Positions 8,135 to 17,400 of a DNA stretch of 64,000 nt are shown one piece after another. The number at the start of each line of letters is the position of its first letter. The stretch's first letter is position 1. The stretch is from Candidatus Margulisiibacteriota bacterium (GTDB lineage Bacteria; Margulisbacteria; WOR-1; O2-12-FULL-45-9). The notes beneath the pieces were generated by a model. The model worked only from the letters and a program-made list of their open reading frames with translations, was not told the DNA's origin and searched no databases. The stretch covers positions 83,423-147,422 of the forward strand of contig JBAZZP010000003.1 in the NCBI GenBank assembly GCA_041658745.1. Direction: 5' to 3'. Made by a program: the position numbers and the translations under genes.

Positions 8135-9203
8135 ATCTGGTTAACTGAAAAGTGTTTTGGGAAACCCCTGTAAAATTTCGTGTCCTCGTTAAGAATATGG
8201 CTCCTCTATAGTCTCTAGGGTTAAAATTTTTACCGGCGGGTTGCATGGAACTAAAATATTCTCTAAGTTCGGAGCTTTTTCTCCCAAATTTTGCTTTATA
8301 TTCTGGCGTAAAATAGCTGAAATATCTTAGCATTACACGCATCAATTGGTCTGTAAAAAGCTCATGACAGGTATCATTGTCAGTTCTGCCAACACGCTCA
8401 TGATCAAAACAAATAACCGGTTTGGTTGGAAAATCGCTATTTTTTGATCGCATCAAACCAATACAGTGCAAAACAAACTCAAAAGCAAGCCCCCCATAAT
8501 CAATATCAACTAGCACATTCCTCCCACCTGTCAGAGCCTGTTGTAATGATTTAGTTATCAGCCTTAATTCATTAAAATAATCTGGCTCGGGAACCCAAAG
8601 AAGGCTTGCCTCGGAGATAATAGCACGAGCACTGCGCTGTTCATCTGGCAAGTTAAAGGGAGGAAAGACTTTTCTCGCTCGATCTGACCAGTCACCAGTA
8701 AAAACGATCTTCCCGCCGGGATCATCAATCGCTATAGCCGCTGATCCCAGCATATGTCCCGCCGGGAATAAAGTAACAACTGCTGCTTCATGACGCCTTC
8801 CAACACAAGGCAGTTGCAGAATATATTCTTTTCCATAATCAAGCTCAATAATTCTATTTGATTGTAAAAGGGCTCGATCGGCAGCATTTTTACTAAAAAA
8901 TAGAGCTATTAAACGACGTGTTGCCGGAGTACATACTACCTGAGCCTCCCTGTTGGCTCGCATAGCCGAAGCCAACCCCCCCGCATGATCTGGATGGGCG
9001 TGTGAAACAAAAATCAAACGACAGTTTGAGAGAGAAGGAAATTCTTGTCTTTCTAAAGGGGTTCCGGGGTCAAGAAGATACCTATTCCCTCCACTTTCCA
9101 AAACATGCGTATTCCTTGCTGCCCCACTATGCAAACTTCCCCTGTAAGAAACAAAGGACATTGGTCTCTGTTTAACAATTGGTTTTATTCTTGGTGGTAC
9201 CAT
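8067..9203 (-). CDS. MBL-fold metallo-hydrolase, beta-CASP-like (putative RNA/DNA nuclease), N-terminal 378-aa part, truncated by a frameshift
   Basis: HAHPDHAGG (HxHxDH) plus downstream GH and TGD motifs. The reading frame ends right after a C8 homopolymer (G run at 8087..8094 on the + strand). Confidence 0.7.
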   Translation of the reverse strand: MVPPRIKPIVKQRPMSFVSYRGSLHSGAARNTHVLESGGNRYLLDPGTPLERQEFPSLSNCRLIFVSHAHPDHAGGLASAMRANREAQVVCTPATRRLIALFFSKNAADRALLQSNRIIELDYGKEYILQLPCVGRRHEAAVVTLFPAGHMLGSAAIAIDDPGGKIVFTGDWSDRARKVFPPFNLPDEQRSARAIISEASLLWVPEPDYFNELRLITKSLQQALTGGRNVLVDIDYGGLAFEFVLHCIGLMRSKNSDFPTKPVICFDHERVGRTDNDTCHELFTDQLMRVMLRYFSYFTPEYKAKFGRKSSELREYFSSMQPAGKNFNPRDYRGAIFLTRTRNFTGVSQNTFQLTRFVREIAADGGVLLLPPQNLFGS

Positions 9204-9315
9204 ATCAGTAAAGTATCATGAATAAATAGCAATAATTTCACTTTTTCAATTGCAGATTAATTGAATACAGGCTAAAATAGTCTCGGATAGAAGGGGCATT
9301 CTTTTAGGAGAAATT

Positions 9316-9762
9316 ATGTCAGACATAATGGTTGTAGCTAATTTATTAATTTCTTTTCTGCTGGGGGGAGCAATTGGCTGGCTGAGAGAAATAGAAGGCA
9401 AAACTGCTGGGCTCAGAACTCACATTTTGGTCGCGGTTGGTTCCACGCTATTTACCATTCTATCCATGGAAATGATGAATATTTCCGGCAGCTCAGATCC
9501 CGGCAGATTAACCGCGGGAATAGTTACCGGAATTGGTTTTATTGGCGCTGGCTGTATTATTCAAGCTGGGGGCGGAGTAAAAGGAATAACCACGGCTGCA
9601 TCAATCTGGGTTGTGTCTGCGATCGGCGTTGCAGCCGGAATGGGTTATTATGTCGCCGCTGTTGCCACCACCGTTATTTCACTTTTCACCATTCAAGTCC
9701 TCGGCCATGCCGAACATCGGGTAATGAAAAGCAAAGAAAGGGAAGAAGCAAAAAAAGGATAA
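9316..9762 (+). CDS. MgtC/SapB family membrane protein
   Basis: GLRTHILVAVGSTLFT and GIGFIGAG motifs of the MgtC family. 148 aa. Confidence 0.8.
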   Translation: MSDIMVVANLLISFLLGGAIGWLREIEGKTAGLRTHILVAVGSTLFTILSMEMMNISGSSDPGRLTAGIVTGIGFIGAGCIIQAGGGVKGITTAASIWVVSAIGVAAGMGYYVAAVATTVISLFTIQVLGHAEHRVMKSKEREEAKKG

Positions 9763-9765
9763 AAT

Positions 9766-10443
9766 ATGTTTTATTATGATCCAACTTTTCTATTAATCAT
9801 CCCAGCCCTCCTCTTAGCCTTGTTTGCCCAATATAGAGTTAATTCTACTTATGCCAATTATTCCAAAGTACCCGCTTCCATTGGCATAACTGGCGAAGCG
9901 CTGGCTGAAAGAATATTGGCTAATCAAAATTTACTGATAAAAGTAGAATCCGTAGCCGGCGAGCTCTCTGATCATTATGATCCAACAGCTAAGGTTTTGC
10001 GCTTATCAAAAGGAGTCTATTCTGGCAATTCGGTAGCAGCGATGGGAATTGTTGCTCACGAAATCGGCCACGCCATGCAGGATGCAAAAGCTTATATGCC
10101 CCTAAAACTGCGTAATAATTTTGTGCCAGCGGCCAATTTTGGCACCAATTTTGCCTTTCCGCTCTTTTTTGTCGGGATCATTGCCGGCTTCCCCTTTCTG
10201 ATGGATTTGGCCATTCTGCTTTTTACTTTTGCCGTTGTTTTTTCCGTTATCACCTTGCCGGTTGAATTTAATGCTAGTAAAAGAGCTATGGCATTATTGT
10301 CCGACGGACATTATTTAACCAGCCAAGAACTCCCGATGGCCAAAAGCGTCCTTTCAGCTGCGGCTTTAACCTACGTTGCTGCCACGGCTATGGCAGTGTT
10401 AAACCTCATTCGTCTCCTTATTTTGCGCCGCTCTAGAGATTAG
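9766..10443 (+). CDS. Putative neutral zinc metallopeptidase (Zn_peptidase_2 / PF04298-like membrane protein)
   Basis: HEIGHAMQD zinc-binding motif and hydrophobic C-terminal segments. 4-nt gap to the mgtC-like gene. Confidence 0.7.
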   Translation: MFYYDPTFLLIIPALLLALFAQYRVNSTYANYSKVPASIGITGEALAERILANQNLLIKVESVAGELSDHYDPTAKVLRLSKGVYSGNSVAAMGIVAHEIGHAMQDAKAYMPLKLRNNFVPAANFGTNFAFPLFFVGIIAGFPFLMDLAILLFTFAVVFSVITLPVEFNASKRAMALLSDGHYLTSQELPMAKSVLSAAALTYVAATAMAVLNLIRLLILRRSRD

Positions 10444-10515
10444 GCCACAAGCTTTCCTGCAAAAAAAAGCGAAATTTACTCTTCTATTTTTCGATATATG
10501 CTTGGGAGAAAGTTT

Positions 10516-11760
10516 ATGTCTAAAATTCGTTTAGCAAAATTTGATCAAACTTATTTACAAATTTGGCGCGGCCAAAACCGAGAAAAAGCAAGCGCAATTC
10601 GCGAAAAAGCTTTGACTAGCGCTAAAACTGGCACCTCGCTCCTACCAATAATTGCTGAACAGCATGATTTTATTGTGGGCGGGATAAATCAAGCATTAAA
10701 GGGAATAACTGAGCCATCAATTGATATTTTAGACGAGAAAGTAATGGTACTTGTTTCCGGCAGCATAGCTAGACTGAGCTGTGTCCCAGGGTCGGATATT
10801 GATCTTGATGTAACCTATCCAGATTCTGAGAGATCCCGTTTTCTCCCGCTAGAAAAGGCCCTTTTTCAGAATATTCGGTGGCTCTTTGAATTCCCCCAAG
10901 AAAGGATTGGCACCAATGTGCATTCACACATCAGCCATACGATTTTTAAAAGATTTCCGCCTAAAATGCCTATAATTGCGGGTCTCCGGAAATTTGGCTG
11001 GCGATCTGGGATTGCCCATATTATTCGGCGCAGTTTATTTCATTGCCGAGCTCTAGAAAAACGGTTACGGGGAAAAAGCGAATCATCGGCCTTTTTAGAG
11101 CGGGCTTATTTTCAGCTGTTTCAACTGGAGCGTAGACTGGCTTTTAGAGAATTTGGGACGATTTGCTCTGGCCTATTAGAACGCTACTCGGAGAAGCAGG
11201 CACTTTCCCTTTACAATTTTGACACCCCATATAATATTGAAAATATCTTTGGGCCATCAGAAAGATTTTTGGCTTACATAGAACAACGTGAGTCGGCCGT
11301 AAAAGCAATTTCACAAGGTCGATTACGCGGCATTGCCATTAACTTGCAAAGACAAGGCCATGCACATAGAAACATTGCATCATCATTACCGGCCTTAAAT
11401 GATTTATATGATTTTCATCGGCAAGTTAAACATGACATATTAATAAATTTCTATTATTTGCTCACCTTTGAAAAAATGGTTGGCATAGACCTATTAGGCG
11501 CCGACAGAGAAAAAGCTTTTGAAGCTTACCAGATGTTGTTAAGGATAAAGGCTGTAATGAATATTTTAAGCCAACCAAAGCCAACGCTTGCCCCTTGCGA
11601 TGAGAGAATGTTTCCCATTACCGACCCATTTCTGCAAAGTACTGCGGTTTTCTTCGGTTGTCATTCCAAGCTAGGGCTTTTTAATTTGATAACACAAGAA
11701 AGTGATACTCTTTTACAAATAATTGAGGCTGCCTATAATCGCTATTTGGCCATGTTATAA
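10516..11760 (+). CDS. Pol-beta-superfamily nucleotidyltransferase domain protein (GlnD/DUF294-like) with C-terminal helical domain
   Basis: GSIARLSCVPGSDIDLDV matches the hG[GS]…SDhDh NTase motif. Start chosen at the ATG at 10516, preceded by GGGAGA. Confidence 0.5.
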   Translation: MSKIRLAKFDQTYLQIWRGQNREKASAIREKALTSAKTGTSLLPIIAEQHDFIVGGINQALKGITEPSIDILDEKVMVLVSGSIARLSCVPGSDIDLDVTYPDSERSRFLPLEKALFQNIRWLFEFPQERIGTNVHSHISHTIFKRFPPKMPIIAGLRKFGWRSGIAHIIRRSLFHCRALEKRLRGKSESSAFLERAYFQLFQLERRLAFREFGTICSGLLERYSEKQALSLYNFDTPYNIENIFGPSERFLAYIEQRESAVKAISQGRLRGIAINLQRQGHAHRNIASSLPALNDLYDFHRQVKHDILINFYYLLTFEKMVGIDLLGADREKAFEAYQMLLRIKAVMNILSQPKPTLAPCDERMFPITDPFLQSTAVFFGCHSKLGLFNLITQESDTLLQIIEAAYNRYLAML

Positions 11761-11768
11761 TTTAATAA

Positions 11769-12671
11769 ATGCAAACCATTATCCTTTTAGGTCCTACTGC
11801 CGTTGGAAAATCAAAAGCGGCCGTTGAGCTCGCCCTTCAAATCAACGGCGAGATAATTTCCGCCGATTCGATGCAAGTCTATCGCGGCATGGATATTGGG
11901 ACCGCCAAACCGACCAAAGAAGAACAAAAAGGCATTCCCCACCACCTAATTGATATTCGCAACCCTGAAGAAAGCTGGACAGTCTCTGATTTTGTCGAAC
12001 AATCCAACCATCTAACCATCCAACTCTCCTCAAAAGGCAAAACGCCAATCATTGTGGGAGGCACGGGACTCTATTTATGGACCCTAATTAATGGCTATAA
12101 CTTTGCCGGAATTAAATCGGATGAAGCCATCCGGAAACGATTAGAGGAGCTTCCTCCCTCTACGCTCTATGCTCAACTTTCTACGGTCGATCCCCTTTCT
12201 GCCCAAAAAATCCATCCCCACAACAAAAAAAGAGTTATGCGGGCATTGGAAGTGTTTGAATTAACCGGGGAACCGATTTCGAAGCAGCAAGAAAAATTGG
12301 CAAACGGCAAACAGCTAACAGCAACCATTATCGGATTAACTCTGCCTCGCAACCAACTTTACGAACACATCGAACAGCGAATAGAAAATATGATAAAAGC
12401 GGGACTAATTGATGAAGTCAAAGGACTTCTAGACAAGGGATATTCGAAAGGGCTTACTTCTATGCAAGCCCTGGGATATAAAGAAGTGGTTGAATTTTTA
12501 GAGGGACGATGGGATCGAGAAAAATTGATCTATGAGCTCAAAAAACGCACTCGCCACTTTGCCCGCCGGCAAATGACCTGGTTTAGACGCTTCAGAAACG
12601 TTCAATGGATCGATGCAACCCCTGAAAATTTGAATAATCTGGCAAAGTTTGCTAGAATAGAGGAATGGTAA
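11769..12671 (+). CDS. miaA: tRNA dimethylallyltransferase
   Basis: LGPTAVGKSKAAVELA P-loop and ISADSMQVYRGMDIGTAKP. Confidence 0.9.
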   Translation: MQTIILLGPTAVGKSKAAVELALQINGEIISADSMQVYRGMDIGTAKPTKEEQKGIPHHLIDIRNPEESWTVSDFVEQSNHLTIQLSSKGKTPIIVGGTGLYLWTLINGYNFAGIKSDEAIRKRLEELPPSTLYAQLSTVDPLSAQKIHPHNKKRVMRALEVFELTGEPISKQQEKLANGKQLTATIIGLTLPRNQLYEHIEQRIENMIKAGLIDEVKGLLDKGYSKGLTSMQALGYKEVVEFLEGRWDREKLIYELKKRTRHFARRQMTWFRRFRNVQWIDATPENLNNLAKFARIEEW

Positions 12672-12749
12672 GACTTAGAAAACAAGAAATCGACCGCCGC
12701 CGCAAACGCCGCAAAGAAAGCTTACGTGCCCGTGGGCTCTGGAAAGCTA

Positions 12750-14039
12750 CTAAGAAAAGCGCACATCAATCGCACGAGCATGCGCATCCAGCCCTTCAAT
12801 CTCAGCCAGCAGCCTAATATCTTTCCAAACATTCTTTAGAGCCGGTTTAGTATAGCCAATAATGCTCTGTGTTTTAACAAAATCATACACCCCAAGTGGC
12901 GATAAAAAGCGCGCAGTTCCCCCTGTTGGCAAGACATGGCTTGGTCCGGCGATATAATCGCCGACCGGGACAGGCGAATATGGTCCCAAAAATACCGCTC
13001 CCGCATTTCTAATTTTTTCCAAGAAACGCTGAGGAGACCCAATTTGCAGTTCTAAGTGCTCTGGCGCAATCTGGTTAGTTATTTCTACAGCATCTTTGAG
13101 GTTATCAACCACAAATATTTTTATTTCGGCACTTTCAATAATTTCCTTACGGGATAATTTCACGGTTTGCTTAATAATTTCCTTGCGGGTATTTTCGGCA
13201 ACCGCCTGAGAATCAGTTAATAATACGGCAAAAGAAGAAGGATCATGTTCAACCTGCGATAATAGATCAGCTGCCATAAATTCGGGCTCAGCATCTTGGT
13301 CAGCAATAATGACCACGTTTGATGGTCCAGCTAAACTGTCAATTCCCACCATCCCAAAGACTTGTTTCTTGGCGAGTGTGACATAAATATTACCTGGCCC
13401 AACAATTTTATCCACTCTTGGAATAGTTTCGGTACCAAAAGCCAGTGCCCCAATGGCCTGGGCTCCACCGACACGATAAACCTGGGAAACCCCAGCTTCG
13501 GCTGCAGCAACCAAAACATGCGGATCAACTGGCGGCGGAGTAACCACCACAATTTCTTTTACTCCGGCAACTTTGGCAGGAATGGCCCCCATTAATACAG
13601 ATGATGGATAAATGGCCCTACCGCCCGGCACATAAACTCCCACTCTGGCTAGTGGTATTAGCCGCTGTCCCAGCACAACATCGAGCGGCAAAGTTTCAAA
13701 CCATTCATCTGGTTTTTGTTTTTGATGAAAAGCAGTAATGTTTTGAATGGCCTTTGAGAGAGCATCCGTATAATCAGAATCTACTTTTAGATAAGCATCC
13801 TTAATCTCTTCTTGAGTAACTTTTATATTTTTAGCACTAAATTGGGAGGCTGCCGGTCGGCTAGCAGAAAAATCAAATTTTTGGGTATATTCAACCAGTG
13901 CCGCATCTTTGCGCTCAATAACATCCAGCAATATTTTTCTAACACTTTCTTCCTGCTGCGATACCAGAGAAAAGCTTTGCCGTGCAACGATTTTGGCTAC
14001 TTCTTCCGCTATTTTATCTTTCTGAAATAATTCGAGCAT
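12750..14039 (-). CDS. hisD: Histidinol dehydrogenase
   Basis: Full-length HisD. 429 aa with conserved C-terminal His/Glu region. Confidence 0.9.
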   Translation of the reverse strand: MLELFQKDKIAEEVAKIVARQSFSLVSQQEESVRKILLDVIERKDAALVEYTQKFDFSASRPAASQFSAKNIKVTQEEIKDAYLKVDSDYTDALSKAIQNITAFHQKQKPDEWFETLPLDVVLGQRLIPLARVGVYVPGGRAIYPSSVLMGAIPAKVAGVKEIVVVTPPPVDPHVLVAAAEAGVSQVYRVGGAQAIGALAFGTETIPRVDKIVGPGNIYVTLAKKQVFGMVGIDSLAGPSNVVIIADQDAEPEFMAADLLSQVEHDPSSFAVLLTDSQAVAENTRKEIIKQTVKLSRKEIIESAEIKIFVVDNLKDAVEITNQIAPEHLELQIGSPQRFLEKIRNAGAVFLGPYSPVPVGDYIAGPSHVLPTGGTARFLSPLGVYDFVKTQSIIGYTKPALKNVWKDIRLLAEIEGLDAHARAIDVRFS

Positions 14040-14042
14040 TTT

Positions 14043-15107
14043 TTATATTCCAACCCGTGTTCCGCGCTTAATTAACGATCCGTCAGCTAAAACCAATCCT
14101 TCGCTTATATAAGACTCATCCTCAATAGTACACCCCTTGCCAACAATACAGTTTGAAAGGTGAACATGATTCCCAATCTTTGAACCATCCCAAACAATCG
14201 TCCTGGTTAGCAGGCAATGCTCTCCCACAGTAACGTTATTGCCAAGGACAACATAATCTTTAATTTCTGTCCCCTTTCCGATCCTTACTTTTTCTCCAAT
14301 TACCGATGGGCCGCTCAACCTAACACTTGCATCGGGATATGTATCTTTGGCAATCCAGGTTTTGTTATTCACCCGCGTTCCATCGATACGCACTGCTACT
14401 TCGCCGCGCAAGATTGCCTCATGCGCTTCTTGATATTTAGCCGGGTTGCCAATATCAATCCAATAAGCACTCGAAGAATAGCCATAGACAGCCTCACCGG
14501 AGGCAAGAAGTGACGGATATAGTTCTCTTTCAAAAGAAAAGGGAACACCGGCAGGAACACTAGCAAATATTTTGGGATCTACCACGTAGATGCCTGCATT
14601 GATATTATGGGTAGTTACTCTTTCCCAGCTGGGTTTTTCAATAAATTCAGTAACCCGCCCATCTTGATCGGTTAAAACCAGGCCAAAGGGAGTTGGATCT
14701 TCTACTTCGACCAACGTTAAGGTTACCCGCGCTTTTTTATCTTGGTGGAATTTTACTACTTTCGTAATATTAATATCGGTTAAAATATCGCCATTAAAAA
14801 TAATCATGGGTCCAGCATCAAAATATTTTTCAGCGTTTTTTACCGCCCCCGCCGTTCCCAGAGGGGATTCTTCAATTGAATAATGAACCTTAATTCCCCA
14901 TTTTCGACCATCATCAATTACCCTTTTTATATCTTGAGAAAGATAATGCAAATTTAGAATAACCTCATCTACCCCATGTCGCACCAGCTGCTCAATTTGA
15001 TGGATTACAAAGGGGATATTAACTAGCGGAACAATCGGCTTGGGGGTATTATGGGTCAGAGGTCGAAGCCTTGTCCCTAATCCACCAGCAATAATTACCG
15101 CCTTCAT
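14043..15107 (-). CDS. NDP-sugar pyrophosphorylase (mannose-1-phosphate guanylyltransferase-like) with C-terminal left-handed β-helix
   Basis: AGGLGTRLRPLT nucleotidyltransferase motif and C-terminal hexapeptide repeats. Confidence 0.8.
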   Translation of the reverse strand: MKAVIIAGGLGTRLRPLTHNTPKPIVPLVNIPFVIHQIEQLVRHGVDEVILNLHYLSQDIKRVIDDGRKWGIKVHYSIEESPLGTAGAVKNAEKYFDAGPMIIFNGDILTDINITKVVKFHQDKKARVTLTLVEVEDPTPFGLVLTDQDGRVTEFIEKPSWERVTTHNINAGIYVVDPKIFASVPAGVPFSFERELYPSLLASGEAVYGYSSSAYWIDIGNPAKYQEAHEAILRGEVAVRIDGTRVNNKTWIAKDTYPDASVRLSGPSVIGEKVRIGKGTEIKDYVVLGNNVTVGEHCLLTRTIVWDGSKIGNHVHLSNCIVGKGCTIEDESYISEGLVLADGSLIKRGTRVGI

Positions 15108-16189
15108 CTTTTCAGTTCCTTCTTAAGCCGCGTAATCGCATCAACTGGAGTAGGATCAATTTTTGAAACCAGCGGCAAATAAACACTGAGCAAATCACCA
15201 TAATAGATTAACGACAAAATTCGAGCTAATTTGCTTTGACCTTGAGAAAAGATTTCACTAAAGCCACCGAGCTGCCTCCCCAGTAGGGACTTGGTTATTT
15301 CGATGCGCTTTTTGTTTTTTTCGAGATCTTTCTCGTCCCGCAAAAATATTGCCATAAATTTATGACTATCACGTTTTAATTCATATAGGTTAACTATTTC
15401 GTTATGGTTCATTTCAGGCAAAACATAGAGAATGGCACAAGACTTACTATTCTCATTAAACTGACATTTTAGGCGCAAGCCGGCCGCCGCAGAGCTACCA
15501 GCAACTGTAAAAATTAGAGGAATTTTACCGACTAATTGCTGGGCTAGGCGCTTGGCTGGGTTATTGCGCATAGGGCGATTAATCCCTATTTCTCCGCGAA
15601 CTTTTTCAAGGACCAAGGTAGCCTCGTTAATGGCCTTATCCAGATTGCTAACTAACCCACTTTTCTGTAGCGCCTTAAGCAGGGCGATTAAAATGTAGGG
15701 AAGCGCCGCTCTGGGCTGAAAACCTGCTGGCAACATGAACGTTGGATATTTTCGCGCAGTTGCTATTTCTTTTAATTTCCCCCCGGCTGTAATACAAACA
15801 ATCCGAGCCCCTAGAGCCTCAGCCTCTTTTAGACTGGCAAGTGTTTCTTCGGTATCTCCAGAATATGAGATTGAAAAAAAGAGGGTCTCGTCGCCAACCA
15901 TCGCCGGAATACGGTAATTTCGGCAAACCTGAATGGGGACTTTTAAATCGGCAATCAATAAATCAGCAACGATATCACCGGCAATCGCTGATCCGCCCAT
16001 TCCGGAAATCACAATATTCTTTATTTTTTTTATCTTAGGAAATTTGGTGTTTTCATATAATGCTTCAGCTTTTTGCAAATGTTCGGGCATGGCAAGAGCA
16101 ATTCCCAACATGCCACTCTTATCAATTTTATTTATTTCATCTTGATTATCAATTACATCAATTTTATTCATGGTTATTCGACTTAGCAA
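15104..16189 (-). CDS. Bifunctional phosphoglucose/phosphomannose isomerase (archaeal-type PGI/PMI, SIS domains)
   Basis: SGMGGSAIAGD SIS motif and two SIS-like halves. True start may be the internal Met (MNKIDV) at 16171. Confidence 0.75.
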   Translation of the reverse strand: MLSRITMNKIDVIDNQDEINKIDKSGMLGIALAMPEHLQKAEALYENTKFPKIKKIKNIVISGMGGSAIAGDIVADLLIADLKVPIQVCRNYRIPAMVGDETLFFSISYSGDTEETLASLKEAEALGARIVCITAGGKLKEIATARKYPTFMLPAGFQPRAALPYILIALLKALQKSGLVSNLDKAINEATLVLEKVRGEIGINRPMRNNPAKRLAQQLVGKIPLIFTVAGSSAAAGLRLKCQFNENSKSCAILYVLPEMNHNEIVNLYELKRDSHKFMAIFLRDEKDLEKNKKRIEITKSLLGRQLGGFSEIFSQGQSKLARILSLIYYGDLLSVYLPLVSKIDPTPVDAITRLKKELKR

Positions 16190-17363
16190 TTAACTCTCGC
16201 AAAACTACTATCGCTTGTTGTAATTGGAGATCCTTGGTTTCGTCAAAGTTATCGCTTTCTAACCTCGCTTGAACTTCTTTGGTTGGAACCGTTACTTCGA
16301 TATTGGGAGAAATCCCCTTTTTGCTAATATATTCACCATTTGGAGTTAAATATTTGGCAATGGTAACCAAAACAGCAGAACCGTCATCCAATTGACGCAC
16401 ATTTTGCACAGAAGCTTTTCCAAATGTTTTAGTGCCTACCAAAGTAGCAATTTTATTGTCCCGCAGGGCTCCGGCTAGTATCTCCGAAGCAGAAGCTGAT
16501 CCACCATCAATTAAAACCACCACCGGCTTTGCCCACAAGACTCGCCCATTTGAACGCATTTGATCAGTTGTCCCATTCCGGTCAACTGTTTGCACAATCA
16601 CGCCATCTTCAATAAACATACTACCAATATCAATCGCTGCAGAAAGAAGCCCTCCCCCATTCCCCCGCACATCAATAATCAATCCGTTACGATTCTTCCC
16701 TTTAGAAAGAGCAGCTTGAAATTCTTCGGCCGATTTTAAGTTTTCAAAGGTGATTAGTTTAATATAGGCAATATCTTCCCCAAACTGTTTGCTTTCGCAG
16801 CTTTTTATCACTATTTTTTGACGAACAATTTCAATTATTTTGGGGTCATGCCAGCCATTTCGTTGGATTCCAAGTTTTACTGTGGTCCCTTGCTTGCCAC
16901 GAATCATACTAACAGCTTCTTCCAAGGCCATATCCTTGGTGTTTTTACCGTCAATTGTGACAATTTTATCGCCACTTTTTAATTTCTTGTAGGAAGGGGT
17001 TCCCGGAATTGGTGAAATCACAGAAAGCATATTTTCTTTTATGCCAATATAAATCCCAATGCCAGAATATGAACCTCCCATCCTAACCTTCATTTCTTTG
17101 AAGGCCGAAGGCTCCATAAAACGAGTGTAGGGATCATCTAAAGCAGCTAGTAAACCGCGGATCGATCCATAGACCAATTTTTTATTGTCTAGTTTTTTAT
17201 CGACATATTCATTTTTTACAATATCCAGCGCCTGCAGATAAGTTTCGAGGTCTCTTTCAAGCTGTTCTTCCGCCACTACTTTGCCAATGTAAAAAAAGCC
17301 CGCAGAAACAATTATAACCCCAACAATCAAATACTTAAATTTACTTAATATTTTTAGCATCAT
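16164..17363 (-). CDS. ctpA: Carboxyl-terminal processing protease (S41 family)
   Basis: N-terminal TM helix, PDZ region, GGSASASEILAGAL catalytic Ser region and TFGKASVQ Lys region. Confidence 0.85.
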   Translation of the reverse strand: MMLKILSKFKYLIVGVIIVSAGFFYIGKVVAEEQLERDLETYLQALDIVKNEYVDKKLDNKKLVYGSIRGLLAALDDPYTRFMEPSAFKEMKVRMGGSYSGIGIYIGIKENMLSVISPIPGTPSYKKLKSGDKIVTIDGKNTKDMALEEAVSMIRGKQGTTVKLGIQRNGWHDPKIIEIVRQKIVIKSCESKQFGEDIAYIKLITFENLKSAEEFQAALSKGKNRNGLIIDVRGNGGGLLSAAIDIGSMFIEDGVIVQTVDRNGTTDQMRSNGRVLWAKPVVVLIDGGSASASEILAGALRDNKIATLVGTKTFGKASVQNVRQLDDGSAVLVTIAKYLTPNGEYISKKGISPNIEVTVPTKEVQARLESDNFDETKDLQLQQAIVVLRELIAKSNNHE

Positions 17364-17400
17364 TTATCCTTTCTTCTCATCATTATACTCTCTTTTTCCC

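Noticed and set aside
9204-9315. Possible Mg2+ (M-box) riboswitch upstream of the MgtC-family gene
   Set aside because: The leader is only 112 nt and lacks the conserved M-box core sequences. It is more likely a simple divergent promoter region.
10516-11760. NTase as a CBASS/CD-NTase defence cyclase
   Set aside because: The motif has Arg after GS-x-A and a DIDLDV spacing typical of GlnD/DUF294, not the CD-NTase GS…[DE]h[DE]h pattern. No effector, Cap or TM partner gene is adjacent.
12836-16272. Numerous 60–100-aa ORFs antisense or overlapping hisD, the NDP-sugar pyrophosphorylase, PGI/PMI and ctpA
   Set aside because: All are embedded in longer, homology-supported genes on the other strand or frame. 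There is no independent evidence for them.
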